Below the pieces are notes generated by a model. That model saw only the letters and a program-made list of their open reading frames with translations. It was not told where the DNA came from and ran no database searches. The position numbers were made by a program, and so were the translations under genes. DNA of 45,421 nucleotides from Candidatus Moraniibacteriota bacterium (GTDB taxonomy: Bacteria > Patescibacteriota > Minisyncoccia > Moranbacterales > GCA-2747515): contig JAGYLL010000002.1 in the NCBI GenBank assembly GCA_018401135.1, forward strand, positions 1 through 45,421. The letters run 5' to 3'. Positions 25,950 through 34,367 of this stretch are shown here, piece by piece. Each line of letters starts with the position of its first letter. Position 1 is the first letter of the stretch.

Positions 25950-26333
25950 ATGAAAGGCTATTATATTGATTTAGAAGATGTTACGAGAGAGAACGAAAAT
26001 TTTCGAAAAGTTCTTTTCACCTCTAATCATCTGCAACTTGTTCTTATGACTATTAAGCCAGGAGAGGAGATAGGTTTAGAGACGCATAAAGAGCATGATC
26101 AGTTTATTCGTGTAGAGCAAGGAGAAGGGAAAGCTTTTATAAGTGATGATGAGTTTTTTCTTCGAGATGGAAGCGCTGTCATAATTCCTGCGGGAAATGA
26201 GCATAACATTATAAATACAGGAGCAGGAAATCTTAAATTATATACTTTGTATTCGCCTGCAGAACATCCTGACGGAACGGTTCATATAACAAAAAGCGAA
26301 GCAGATGAATATGAAAAAAATCATCACGAGTAA
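25950..26333 (+). CDS. Cupin-domain protein
   Basis: 127 aa with cupin motifs G.E.GLETHKEHDQF and IIPAGNEHNIINTG. Confidence 0.85.
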   Translation: MKGYYIDLEDVTRENENFRKVLFTSNHLQLVLMTIKPGEEIGLETHKEHDQFIRVEQGEGKAFISDDEFFLRDGSAVIIPAGNEHNIINTGAGNLKLYTLYSPAEHPDGTVHITKSEADEYEKNHHE

Positions 26334-26347
26334 AAAAAGAAGATGTT

Positions 26348-26383
26348 TGGTAAAAAAAGAAAAACTTGCTTAGAGCGAGTTTT
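26348..26383 (+). terminator. Rho-independent terminator after the cupin gene
   Basis: Perfect 9-bp stem AGAAAAACT / AGTTTTTCT with an 11-nt loop, followed by CTTTTTT. Confidence 0.7.
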
Positions 26384-26430
26384 TCTCTTTTTTGGATGAC
26401 GAGACTACTTTTTTGGGTTATGCTTATAGC

Positions 26431-27642
26431 ATGAATACTTCTTCACATCATTTTTTTACACCTCTTGCAGATCGCATAAGACCCAAAGTATTGGAACATT
26501 TTTTTGGTCAAATGAAAATTATAGGGGAAGATTCTTTTTTGCGAAGGGCTATTTTGGAGGATAGAATCCCTTCTCTTATTTTTTGGGGACCGCCTGGAAC
26601 AGGAAAAACAACACTTGCTGGTATAATTGCTCAAGAAACAAAGTCAGAATTTGTGTTTCTCTCAGCCACATCTTCTTCTAAAAAAGATTTACAAATGGCA
26701 ATAGAAGATGCTCGAAAAATGCTCAGAATGGGAAAGAGGACGATAGTTTTTGTTGACGAAGTTCATAGATGGAATAAAGCACAACAAGATGCACTTCTTC
26801 CTAGTGTAGAAGAGGGGGTTATCGTTTTCATAGGAGCTACTACAGAAAATCCGAGTTTTGAAGTTAATTCAGCTCTTCTCTCGCGTTGTCGCACCCTTGT
26901 TCTTGAGAGATTGGAAGTTGAAGATGTAGAAAAAATTCTCGAACGTGCTCTAGGAGATAAAATTTCTGGTTTTGGAAATATAAAAATAAAAAAACAAAAA
27001 GGAGCTCTTCGTTTGCTAGCAGAACTTTCTAATGGAGATGCTCGATTTGCACTTAATGCTTTAGAGGTGTGTCTTGAAAAAGAGAAGCTTCTTTCTCGAG
27101 AAAACATTCAAGAAGTTCTCCAAAAATCCCATCTTTTCTATGACAAAAATGGAGAAGAACATTATAATATAATTTCAGCACTTCATAAATCAATGCGTGG
27201 AGGGGATGCGGATGCTTCTGTTTATTGGTTATGTAGAATGCTTGGGGGAGGAGAAGATCCTCTTTATATTGCAAGGCGTTTCATTCGATTTGCAAGTGAA
27301 GATATAGGTCTTGCTAATAATTCAGCACTTCTTCTTGCAAATAGTGTATTTGATGTATGTCATAAATTAGGAATGCCTGAATGTGGAGTTCATTTGGCAC
27401 ATTGTGCTCTATATTTAGCGAAATCTTCTAAGTCAATTGTTGCTTATGAAGCATATGAACAGGCAAAAAATGATGTTGAAAAATATGGAAATCTTCCTGT
27501 TCCATTGCACCTTCGAAATGCTCCAACGAAGTTTATGAAGGATCTTGATTATGGAAAGGGGTATAAATATACACCCAAAAAAGATTCGAAAAATCAGGAA
27601 CATTTCCCGAAGAAATTACAAGGAAAAAAATATACACAATAA
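26431..27642 (+). CDS. rarA: Replication-associated recombination protein A (AAA+ ATPase)
   Basis: PLADRIRP N-terminus, Walker A GPPGTGKTT, Walker B VDEVHRWNKAQQD and the C-terminal MgsA domain (HYNIISALHKSMRG). The ATG at 26431 is preferred to the TTG at 26392, which lies inside the terminator T-tract. Confidence 0.9.
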   Translation: MNTSSHHFFTPLADRIRPKVLEHFFGQMKIIGEDSFLRRAILEDRIPSLIFWGPPGTGKTTLAGIIAQETKSEFVFLSATSSSKKDLQMAIEDARKMLRMGKRTIVFVDEVHRWNKAQQDALLPSVEEGVIVFIGATTENPSFEVNSALLSRCRTLVLERLEVEDVEKILERALGDKISGFGNIKIKKQKGALRLLAELSNGDARFALNALEVCLEKEKLLSRENIQEVLQKSHLFYDKNGEEHYNIISALHKSMRGGDADASVYWLCRMLGGGEDPLYIARRFIRFASEDIGLANNSALLLANSVFDVCHKLGMPECGVHLAHCALYLAKSSKSIVAYEAYEQAKNDVEKYGNLPVPLHLRNAPTKFMKDLDYGKGYKYTPKKDSKNQEHFPKKLQGKKYTQ

Positions 27643-27659
27643 TTTTTGTGTGCTATACT
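27631..27659 (+). promoter_or_regulatory. Promoter TATACA-N17-TGcTATACT (extended -10) for the YerC-like gene
   Basis: TGc at 27651-27653 and TATACT at 27654-27659. The -10 overlaps the left arm of the 28-bp palindrome. Confidence 0.45.
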
Positions 27660-27683
27660 ACAATATATTAATATATTGTAGTA
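27656..27683. promoter_or_regulatory. Perfect 28-bp palindrome (candidate operator) abutting the start codon
   Basis: I checked TACTACAATATATT|AATATATTGTAGTA base by base: 14 of 14 pairs are complementary. It ends 1 nt before the ATG at 27684. Confidence 0.6.
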
Positions 27684-28124
27684 ATGTATATGGCAAAGAT
27701 TCGTGTATATGATGTTGATCCAGAAGAGCGGTATAAATTTGTTGGTGAATTTTTAGAATGTGTTTTAAATCTTCAAAAAAAGAAAGACATAATCGATTTC
27801 TTTGTTGGCCTTTTGACTCCGAGTGAAATACTTATGATTTCGAGAAGAATTGTTATTGCAAGACGACTTATTGAAAAAGCCACCTACGATGAAATTAGAG
27901 AAGAATTGGGTGTGGGGTATATCACTATTGCAAAGACAGAAAAATGGCTTCGTCGAGGTGATGGGGATCGACAAAAATATATTAAGAAGGTTCTAATAAA
28001 TGGAGGAAAATTTTTAGAAAAAAAGATGGCAAATCAAGGAAATGCATATTCTTCTAATGATCCTCTTGATAAATACCCATACCATCGTCTTACGAAAGCA
28101 CTTCTTCGTAATATATTTAGTTGA
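27684..28124 (+). CDS. TrpR-fold YerC/YecD-family DNA-binding protein
   Basis: 146 aa. LLTPSEILMISRRIVIARRLIEKATYDEIREELGVGYITIAKTEKWL matches the YerC/YecD (Trp-repressor-like) helix-turn-helix region. Confidence 0.8.
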   Translation: MYMAKIRVYDVDPEERYKFVGEFLECVLNLQKKKDIIDFFVGLLTPSEILMISRRIVIARRLIEKATYDEIREELGVGYITIAKTEKWLRRGDGDRQKYIKKVLINGGKFLEKKMANQGNAYSSNDPLDKYPYHRLTKALLRNIFS

Positions 28125-28144
28125 ACATTACATTACATTACATT
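28125..28144. repeat. Pentanucleotide microsatellite (ACATT)x4
   Basis: Four perfect tandem copies directly after the TGA stop at 28122-28124. Confidence 0.9.
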
Positions 28145-28183
28145 ATTTTATTTACAGACGGTAACATACTAAGAAATAATAAT

Positions 28184-28221
28184 ATTTTTACTACCATATA
28201 TTAATATATGGTAGTAAAAAT
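28184..28221. promoter_or_regulatory. Perfect 38-bp palindrome containing a second copy of the 28-bp dyad
   Basis: The core TACTACCATATATT|AATATATGGTAGTA lies at 28189-28216, and A/T extensions keep the symmetry perfect over 28184-28221. It differs from the upstream dyad by one mirrored change per half-site. Confidence 0.6.
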
Positions 28222-28304
28222 CCTTTAGAAAAAATTGAAAATTTTTTAAGTATTTGACTAAGACTTGAGATAAAGTTTAAGTATGTATATAAAAAATAAA
28301 ATTT

Positions 28305-29015
28305 TTATCGTGCCAGAGTAATACCCCAGACCTCCTTAGCACCATTTTTTTTCAGTATTCGGGCACATTCAGCAAGCGTACTATTGGTAGTAGAAATATC
28401 GTCGATGAGCCAAAGCGTTTTTCCTTGAATAGAGGAAGGATCGCCCTGAAAAGAAAAGGCATTATAAAGATTTTTCCTCCTCTCTTTTTGCGAAAGTATT
28501 TTTGCTTGTGTTTTTGTGAAGCGTTTTCGCAGGAGAATGTCTGTTCTCAAAGGAATGGTATGAAAAGGAAGAAGATGCTCTATTAAACTCTCTGCCAGAA
28601 GTTGAGCTTGATTAAATCCTCGCCAACGAAAACGAAGTGGATGAAGAGGAATGGGAATAATGATATCACAAAGAGGGATATCTTCGTGCTGGAGACGACG
28701 GGACATTCGTACACCAAAAGGTTCAGCAAGAGATTGGACAAAGGCATATTTGAAAGCGTATATACACTCTTTCACGATAGGGTCTTTGTAGGAGAGTACA
28801 CCAAAGATGCCATCGAGGGGAGAGATATCAAGACACTCCATACATATTTGACCCCTGCTTGTTTGCCTTTTTCGACAATGAGGACAGGTATGGCGAATGT
28901 TTAGAGTAAGATGATCTCTACAAGAATCACAGAGATATTGTGTCGCTGTTCTTTTTTGGCAACATAGACAAGAAGCGGGAAAGAGAATATGTGCGAGAAG
29001 AGAAAAAATTCGCAT
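28305..29015 (-). CDS. comF: ComF-family protein (phosphoribosyltransferase domain, N-terminal zinc ribbon)
   Basis: Zinc ribbon CLCC..C..C...CPHC...C..C, and the C-terminal PRTase motif LWLIDDISTTNSTL. Confidence 0.85.
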   Translation of the reverse strand: MRIFSLLAHILFPASCLCCQKRTATQYLCDSCRDHLTLNIRHTCPHCRKRQTSRGQICMECLDISPLDGIFGVLSYKDPIVKECIYAFKYAFVQSLAEPFGVRMSRRLQHEDIPLCDIIIPIPLHPLRFRWRGFNQAQLLAESLIEHLLPFHTIPLRTDILLRKRFTKTQAKILSQKERRKNLYNAFSFQGDPSSIQGKTLWLIDDISTTNSTLAECARILKKNGAKEVWGITLAR

Positions 29016-29019
29016 TGGT

Positions 29020-31506
29020 TTATGTGAGAGTTATAGCTCCATTTTTCATTTTTAGCACAAGAGAAGAGGATTGCTTGTTCTTTAAGAGATATTCAGCGAG
29101 AATATCTTCTACAGACTCTTGTATTATTTTTCGGACTTGACGTGCTCCTGTATGGGGGAGGGTTGCTTTTTTGGTGAGTTCTGAAAGGACGGAGGTGTTC
29201 CAGGTGAGGGTATATCCTCGAGAATGCAATCGTGACGCTATGTCTTCAAGAGCAAAAGTGACAATTTTTTGTATATGTTCTCTAGCAAGTGGACGATAGA
29301 CGATAATATGATCGAGTCTATCGAGGAGTTCAGGGCGAAGACGATTTTGAAGATCTTCTCGTACTTTTTTTTCAAATAGAGGTATATCGAGAGGGAGGGT
29401 AGTGTCTTCTTCTCCGAATCCAAGTTTTTTTGTAGAAAGTTCACGAACATGATGAGAACCTATATTAGAAGTAAAGAGAAGAATGCTTTCACGAAGAGAA
29501 ACATTTCTTCCTTCGCCATCAGTAAGAGATCCCTCCTCAAGTATTTGAAGGAGGATATTGAGAATATCGGGATGTGCTTTTTCAATCTCATCAAAAAGAA
29601 TAACGCTATGAGGATTCTTTCGTACTCGTTCAGTAAATTTTCCTCCTTCGCCATAACCAATATATCCAGCAGGTGCTCCGATAAATCCAGAAATATGATG
29701 ACGTTCTCGAAACTCACTCATATCTATACGAATAATAGCATCTTTTCTGTTAAAAAGGTGTTGAGCAAGAATTTTTGCTGTATAGGTTTTTCCTACACCA
29801 CTTGGTCCCAAAAGAAGGAAAGATCCTAGTGGTTTTGTTGCATCAGAAAGTCCAAAAAAAGATCGTGTAAGTGACTTAGTTATGATCTCCACAGCATGTT
29901 CTTGCCCAATAATTTTTTTGGTAAGATTTTCTTTTAGAGATGTAATTTTTGAAGTATGTTGAGAGAGAATTTTTTCTGTCGGAATTGAGGTCATCCCAGA
30001 AATTATACGGGCAATATCTTCTTGTGAAAGAGGAATTTTTTTTACAGAAGTACTTTTTTTTATTTTTTTCTCAAGATCAAAAATCTTTTTTTTAAATGCT
30101 TCTATATGGAGGTTAAATTTGAGAGCTGTCTCATAGTTTTCTTTTTCAATACATACATTTTTTTGTAATTGAGCATCTTCCATAAGCCGTCTTGTGATAA
30201 AAAGCTCTTCTGCATCGGCAGGATTTTTTTCGAGTTTTTCAAGGCGTTTAGCACTAGAGGCTTCATCAAGAATATCAATAGCTTTATCAGGAAGGAAGCG
30301 ATCGGTCATGTGACGAATACTAAGGTCTACGCAACAAGTGATAACGTCATCAGAGAGAAGAACGCCATGATGGTTTTCCATGCTTTTTCGTAATCCTCCA
30401 AGCATAGTTATTGCTTGTTCTCTTGTAGGCTCTTCGACGTGTACAGATTGAAACCTTCGTGCCAATGCACTATCTTTTTCTATATGTTTTTTGTATTCGG
30501 TTGCTGTGGTTGCTCCTATACAACGAATTTCACCTCGAGCAAGAGCTGGTTTGAGAATGTTGGCAGCATCGAGCGATCCCGAAATATTTCCTGTTCCTAT
30601 AAGGGTATGAATTTCATCTATAAAAAGAATGACATGAGGATCCTTAGATGCTTCGAGGATAATATCTTTGAGACGAGCTTCGAATTCTCCTCGAAAACTT
30701 GTCCCAGAAATAATCATAGCAAGATCAACTTCATAAATAATTTTTCCTCGAAGACTTGGGAGGAGTCCTTGAGATATTTGCTCAGCAAGTCCAGCAACAA
30801 TAGCTGTTTTTCCTGTACCAGGATCCCCAATAAGAAGTGCGTTATTTTTGGTTTTTCTTCCCAGTATTCTTGTTATTCTTTTGATAATTTCTTCTCTTCC
30901 AATAAGAGGAAGATCTTTTTTTTCAAGCGCTCTTTGATTGAGATTGACACAAAATTCTTCGAGTGCAGAAATTTCTTGTTCATCAGAGGCTTCTCCAAAA
31001 AATTGAGAAGGAAACTCTGATGTTTTGAAAAAAGAGGTATCCGGATTTTTTTGTCGTTTATTTGGTTGCGTTGATTTTTTTTTCTTAATAACGTTGATAA
31101 GGATATCTTGTATAGGAGAGTGTTTTGATTCGATAAGTGCCTTGAGAAGATGCTCGCTTCCTACATAAGGACTTTTCGAGATCTTAGCATTTTTATAGGC
31201 TGAAAGAAGAATATGTTTCAAAGGAAGAGATATATTTATAGGTAGGGGGAGATCTTTTTTATTTTTTGATTGAAGGGGTGGTATTTTTGTAGTGATTGCT
31301 TTTTGTTGCACAAGAAGAGAGAGAGCTTCTTTTGTAATTCCCATAGTAAGGAGGATTGCGGAACCAGCACTCCCTTGTTGAAGAGAAACAGCAAGAAAAA
31401 GATGTTCTGGTTGAATAAGAGAATCGCCAAGGGTATGGGCAATTTTTTCTGCTTCTTGGAGACATTTTTTAGCATGATGGGAGAGTCTATTAAGAGGAAT
31501 GGACAT
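29020..31506 (-). CDS. clpC: ATP-dependent Clp protease ATP-binding subunit ClpC-like (two AAA+ modules)
   Basis: Clp_N repeats, D1 Walker A GDPGTGKTAIV, a short M-domain of about 80 aa and D2 Walker A GPSGVGKTYTA. The LGF tripeptide (KKLGFGEE) fits a ClpP-docking loop. Confidence 0.88.
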   Translation of the reverse strand: MSIPLNRLSHHAKKCLQEAEKIAHTLGDSLIQPEHLFLAVSLQQGSAGSAILLTMGITKEALSLLVQQKAITTKIPPLQSKNKKDLPLPINISLPLKHILLSAYKNAKISKSPYVGSEHLLKALIESKHSPIQDILINVIKKKKSTQPNKRQKNPDTSFFKTSEFPSQFFGEASDEQEISALEEFCVNLNQRALEKKDLPLIGREEIIKRITRILGRKTKNNALLIGDPGTGKTAIVAGLAEQISQGLLPSLRGKIIYEVDLAMIISGTSFRGEFEARLKDIILEASKDPHVILFIDEIHTLIGTGNISGSLDAANILKPALARGEIRCIGATTATEYKKHIEKDSALARRFQSVHVEEPTREQAITMLGGLRKSMENHHGVLLSDDVITCCVDLSIRHMTDRFLPDKAIDILDEASSAKRLEKLEKNPADAEELFITRRLMEDAQLQKNVCIEKENYETALKFNLHIEAFKKKIFDLEKKIKKSTSVKKIPLSQEDIARIISGMTSIPTEKILSQHTSKITSLKENLTKKIIGQEHAVEIITKSLTRSFFGLSDATKPLGSFLLLGPSGVGKTYTAKILAQHLFNRKDAIIRIDMSEFRERHHISGFIGAPAGYIGYGEGGKFTERVRKNPHSVILFDEIEKAHPDILNILLQILEEGSLTDGEGRNVSLRESILLFTSNIGSHHVRELSTKKLGFGEEDTTLPLDIPLFEKKVREDLQNRLRPELLDRLDHIIVYRPLAREHIQKIVTFALEDIASRLHSRGYTLTWNTSVLSELTKKATLPHTGARQVRKIIQESVEDILAEYLLKNKQSSSLVLKMKNGAITLT

Positions 31507-31590
31507 AAAATAGTATTGCGTTTATAATGCTTTACTAGTATAGGTTTTTTTAGTAAAATGTCAATGGAATTCGGTTTTTCTTTTGTGTGT

Positions 31591-31619
31591 TTGTGATTAA
31601 AAAATAAATGTGGTATTAT
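31591..31619 (+). promoter_or_regulatory. Promoter TTGTGA-N17-TGgTATTAT (extended -10) for the pilus operon
   Basis: -35 at 31591-31596, TGg at 31611-31613 and TATTAT at 31614-31619. pilM starts at 31674. Confidence 0.45.
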
Positions 31620-31673
31620 ATTTTTATAGAGAATTTTATATATAAATACAAATAGAGTAGAGAGAGTAAATAT

Positions 31674-32768
31674 ATGTCGTTTTTTTCAAAATTAATGAGA
31701 AAGAATGTGTTCCTCGGAGTTGATATAGGAACATCTTCTATAAAAGCTGTTGAAGTAATGTATGAGAATCAAAAAACATACCTTACTAATTATGGAAGCG
31801 TTACTTTGCGTAATGCAAGTATAGATGCTTTTTCCGCACCCTCTCTTTCCAAAGCAATTTCAGCTCTTTTGGGAGAGATGCAAGTAAAAGCAAATCGTGT
31901 CTATGTTTCTCTTCCTAGTTCTAATGGACTTGTTGCTTTATTAGAATTTCCTCCTATGACAGGAAAAGAGTTGGAACAAGCTATTCAATTTGAAGCACAT
32001 AAGTATATCCCCGCAGACATTGAAGATGTCGCTCTGAGTTGGGAAATAGTACATCATTCAGAACAAAAACAATCACTCGGTCTTTCTCTAAAAAAAGAAA
32101 GTAAAGAAGAAAAGAAAGAGCCTTTGGAAGTTCTTCTTGTAGCTGCTCTCAAAAATGACGTAGCTCTCTTGAGCTCGCATTTTAGTAAAGCTCAATATGA
32201 GATACATGCTATAGAATTAGAGTCTTTTTCTTTAGCAAGAAGTTTAACAACAAGTGAAAGTAATGACGTTCTTATTGTTGATATCGGTCATAGTATTTGT
32301 AATTTCGCTCTTGTGAGCAAAGGGGTGGTTCGTATGAGTAGAAATATTGATGTTGGAGGAAAAGGTATAACAGACACTATTGCTGACAGTATGAACGTTT
32401 CTCCTGTTAAGGCAGAATCTTTGAAAAAAGGAAAGGAAGATCTTTTCAATAAAAAAGAAATGTCGATTACTTTTGCGAGTTTAGATGTTGTTTTGGGTGA
32501 AGCAAATAGGATGATTACTTCTTATGAAAAAAAACATGGAGAGAAAAAAGTTCAAAAAATTATTCTTTCTGGTGGAACATCTAGTATGGTAGGACTTGCA
32601 GATTTTTTTCAAAAAAAAGCAGAGAGAAGTACAGAAAAAGGAAATCCATGGAAGAATCTCGTCTATGAAGAACAGTTTACTCCTTTCATCCAAGAGATGG
32701 GAAATTCATTTTCTGTTTCTATAGGACTTGCTTTGCGAGGAGTAGATGATTTCCGAAGAGGTGTGTAG
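31674..32768 (+). CDS. pilM: Type IV pilus assembly protein PilM (actin-like ATPase fold)
   Basis: N-terminal GVDIGTSSIKAVEV, a second phosphate motif ILSGGTSSMVGL, and its position at the head of the pilus operon. Confidence 0.85.
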   Translation: MSFFSKLMRKNVFLGVDIGTSSIKAVEVMYENQKTYLTNYGSVTLRNASIDAFSAPSLSKAISALLGEMQVKANRVYVSLPSSNGLVALLEFPPMTGKELEQAIQFEAHKYIPADIEDVALSWEIVHHSEQKQSLGLSLKKESKEEKKEPLEVLLVAALKNDVALLSSHFSKAQYEIHAIELESFSLARSLTTSESNDVLIVDIGHSICNFALVSKGVVRMSRNIDVGGKGITDTIADSMNVSPVKAESLKKGKEDLFNKKEMSITFASLDVVLGEANRMITSYEKKHGEKKVQKIILSGGTSSMVGLADFFQKKAERSTEKGNPWKNLVYEEQFTPFIQEMGNSFSVSIGLALRGVDDFRRGV

Positions 32769-32770
32769 TT

Positions 32771-32797
32771 TTGCAGAAAATATTTTTGTGGTATACT
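32771..32797 (+). promoter_or_regulatory. Candidate internal promoter TTGCAG-N15-TGgTATACT
   Basis: The extended -10 at 32789-32797 lies in the 97-nt gap between pilM and the PilN-like gene. The spacer is short. Confidence 0.3.
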
Positions 32798-32865
32798 AAA
32801 ATAAAGAGTATATTGAAAAGGAAATTAATGTAAAAAAGAATAAAAAATAATAATATAAACGATGT

Positions 32866-33447
32866 ATGACAGATTCTATTAATCTTTATCAGCAAGAAGG
32901 ATCTTCTAAGAGTAGATACAAAAGTCCTTTCGATACTGCTTTGGCGGTGGTTCTTTTTCTCCTTGTTGCCGTTTGTATTGGGTACGGTGCACTTTTTCTT
33001 TACCTAGTATCTATGCAAGAAGAAACAGCTTCTGTTAATGGACAAATTTCACAAAAAAAAGAGGCTATGCGTTCTCAAGAGGCGACACTTGTAAATACGA
33101 ATGACACTTACCTTCGTTTAGAGGCATTAAAAAAGTTTAATAAAGATGTTCCTCAAACTATGAATCATCTATCCTTAATAGAGCGAGTTATATTACCTGA
33201 TGTTTTTGTGAAAGAATATTCTCGAGAAGAATTTACGGATGATTCTTTTGAGGTTACACTTTTTTCAAATTTTTTAGATGGATCCTCTAAGCAACTCACC
33301 GCTTTTCGTGAGTCGAAACAATTTTCTGGAATTCAAGTGCTCTCAATGAATCTAGAAGAAGAGGGATTTGAGACAGTCGTGCGACTCTCTTCGAATACTT
33401 CTTATGAGGGTGAAATGGAGATGGGCACAGACCAAGAAAATTTATAA
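32866..33447 (+). CDS. pilN: PilN-like bitopic pilus alignment protein
   Basis: 193 aa with an INLYQQ N-terminus (compare the INLLP of PilN), a single TM helix and a coiled coil. The call rests on position and topology only. Confidence 0.55.
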   Translation: MTDSINLYQQEGSSKSRYKSPFDTALAVVLFLLVAVCIGYGALFLYLVSMQEETASVNGQISQKKEAMRSQEATLVNTNDTYLRLEALKKFNKDVPQTMNHLSLIERVILPDVFVKEYSREEFTDDSFEVTLFSNFLDGSSKQLTAFRESKQFSGIQVLSMNLEEEGFETVVRLSSNTSYEGEMEMGTDQENL

Positions 33448-33488
33448 ACAGAAATAATTTTATTTATTATTCATTGAAATAAAAATAT

Positions 33489-34298
33489 ATGATACGCATA
33501 GCACTTTTCATTTGTTCCATACTCGCTGTTTTCTTTGTTATTTTTCAGTGGATATTACCAGGTTTTTCTAAAATAGAAGAAGAGAAGCTTCTTTTAAATG
33601 AAGCAAAAAATACTTTAAATACCCTAGAAGAGCGAATAGCAACTTTTGAAAAGATTACAACGTTTTTTGAAGGAAATACTCAGATGACTTCTTTGGCAAG
33701 TGCCTATCTTCCTGAGAGTGGATATGAAGACCGTATTCTTAACGCTCTTTCTTTGGCAGGGCAGAATTCTGGTTTGTATATTCAAAAATTAGTTTCAACG
33801 GGAACAGAGCAATCCACACTACAAGCCCAAATTCCTTATACAGCAGAGACAGATGCTGATGGAGCACCCACTACTCCAAATCAATTAAGAATGAAGAATT
33901 TAGAAGTTACGTTCACAGGCATTGGAACCTATGAAAATATGAAACAATTTCTATCCAATCTTTCTTCTTTAGAAAGAGGCTTCAAATCCTCTCTTATTTC
34001 TATACAAAAAGCCGAGATACTTGAAGAGTTTGCAGATACAAGTGATGACACTCTTGCTTCTTTGAGTAAAAAAGATGATGTTCTCCAAATGAATGTTACT
34101 TTGAGTTTTCTTTATGCAACGAAATCTCTGGCAAAGGGAGAAGATATACTAGCAAGTTTTGATCCTGCTTCACGCTCACTTACTTCTTTAGAAACTATGA
34201 GCAAAAGAGAGACAGTTTTCCCTATTGGTGGATTAAATGATCTCCCTTATACATTAGAAGGAAAAGCGAATCCTTTTCTTTTTTCTTCTGCTGAATAA
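33489..34298 (+). CDS. pilO: PilO-like bitopic pilus alignment protein
   Basis: N-terminal TM helix, a coiled coil and a C-terminal domain. The call rests on position and topology only. Confidence 0.5.
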   Translation: MIRIALFICSILAVFFVIFQWILPGFSKIEEEKLLLNEAKNTLNTLEERIATFEKITTFFEGNTQMTSLASAYLPESGYEDRILNALSLAGQNSGLYIQKLVSTGTEQSTLQAQIPYTAETDADGAPTTPNQLRMKNLEVTFTGIGTYENMKQFLSNLSSLERGFKSSLISIQKAEILEEFADTSDDTLASLSKKDDVLQMNVTLSFLYATKSLAKGEDILASFDPASRSLTSLETMSKRETVFPIGGLNDLPYTLEGKANPFLFSSAE

Positions 34299-34367
34299 AA
34301 AATATTTTCGTGAGACTAAAAAAGTCATTGCATCAAAATAAAAATCAACAACAATCTTTGATATTCT

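Noticed and set aside
28184-28221. The downstream 38-bp palindrome as a simple bidirectional terminator for the yerC-like gene and comF
   Set aside because: On both strands the hairpin is preceded by T5 and followed by A5, so no U-tract follows the stem. The same dyad also occurs at the promoter of the gene, so an operator-type role fits better.
612-31020. The many antisense ORFs in the track (for example 612..911, 3123..3641, 4317..4844, 20676..21083, 29449..29829, 30415..31020)
   Set aside because: Each lies opposite a confidently identified gene. They have skewed F/I/K/S-rich composition typical of antisense frames in AT-rich DNA, and they lack SD sites.
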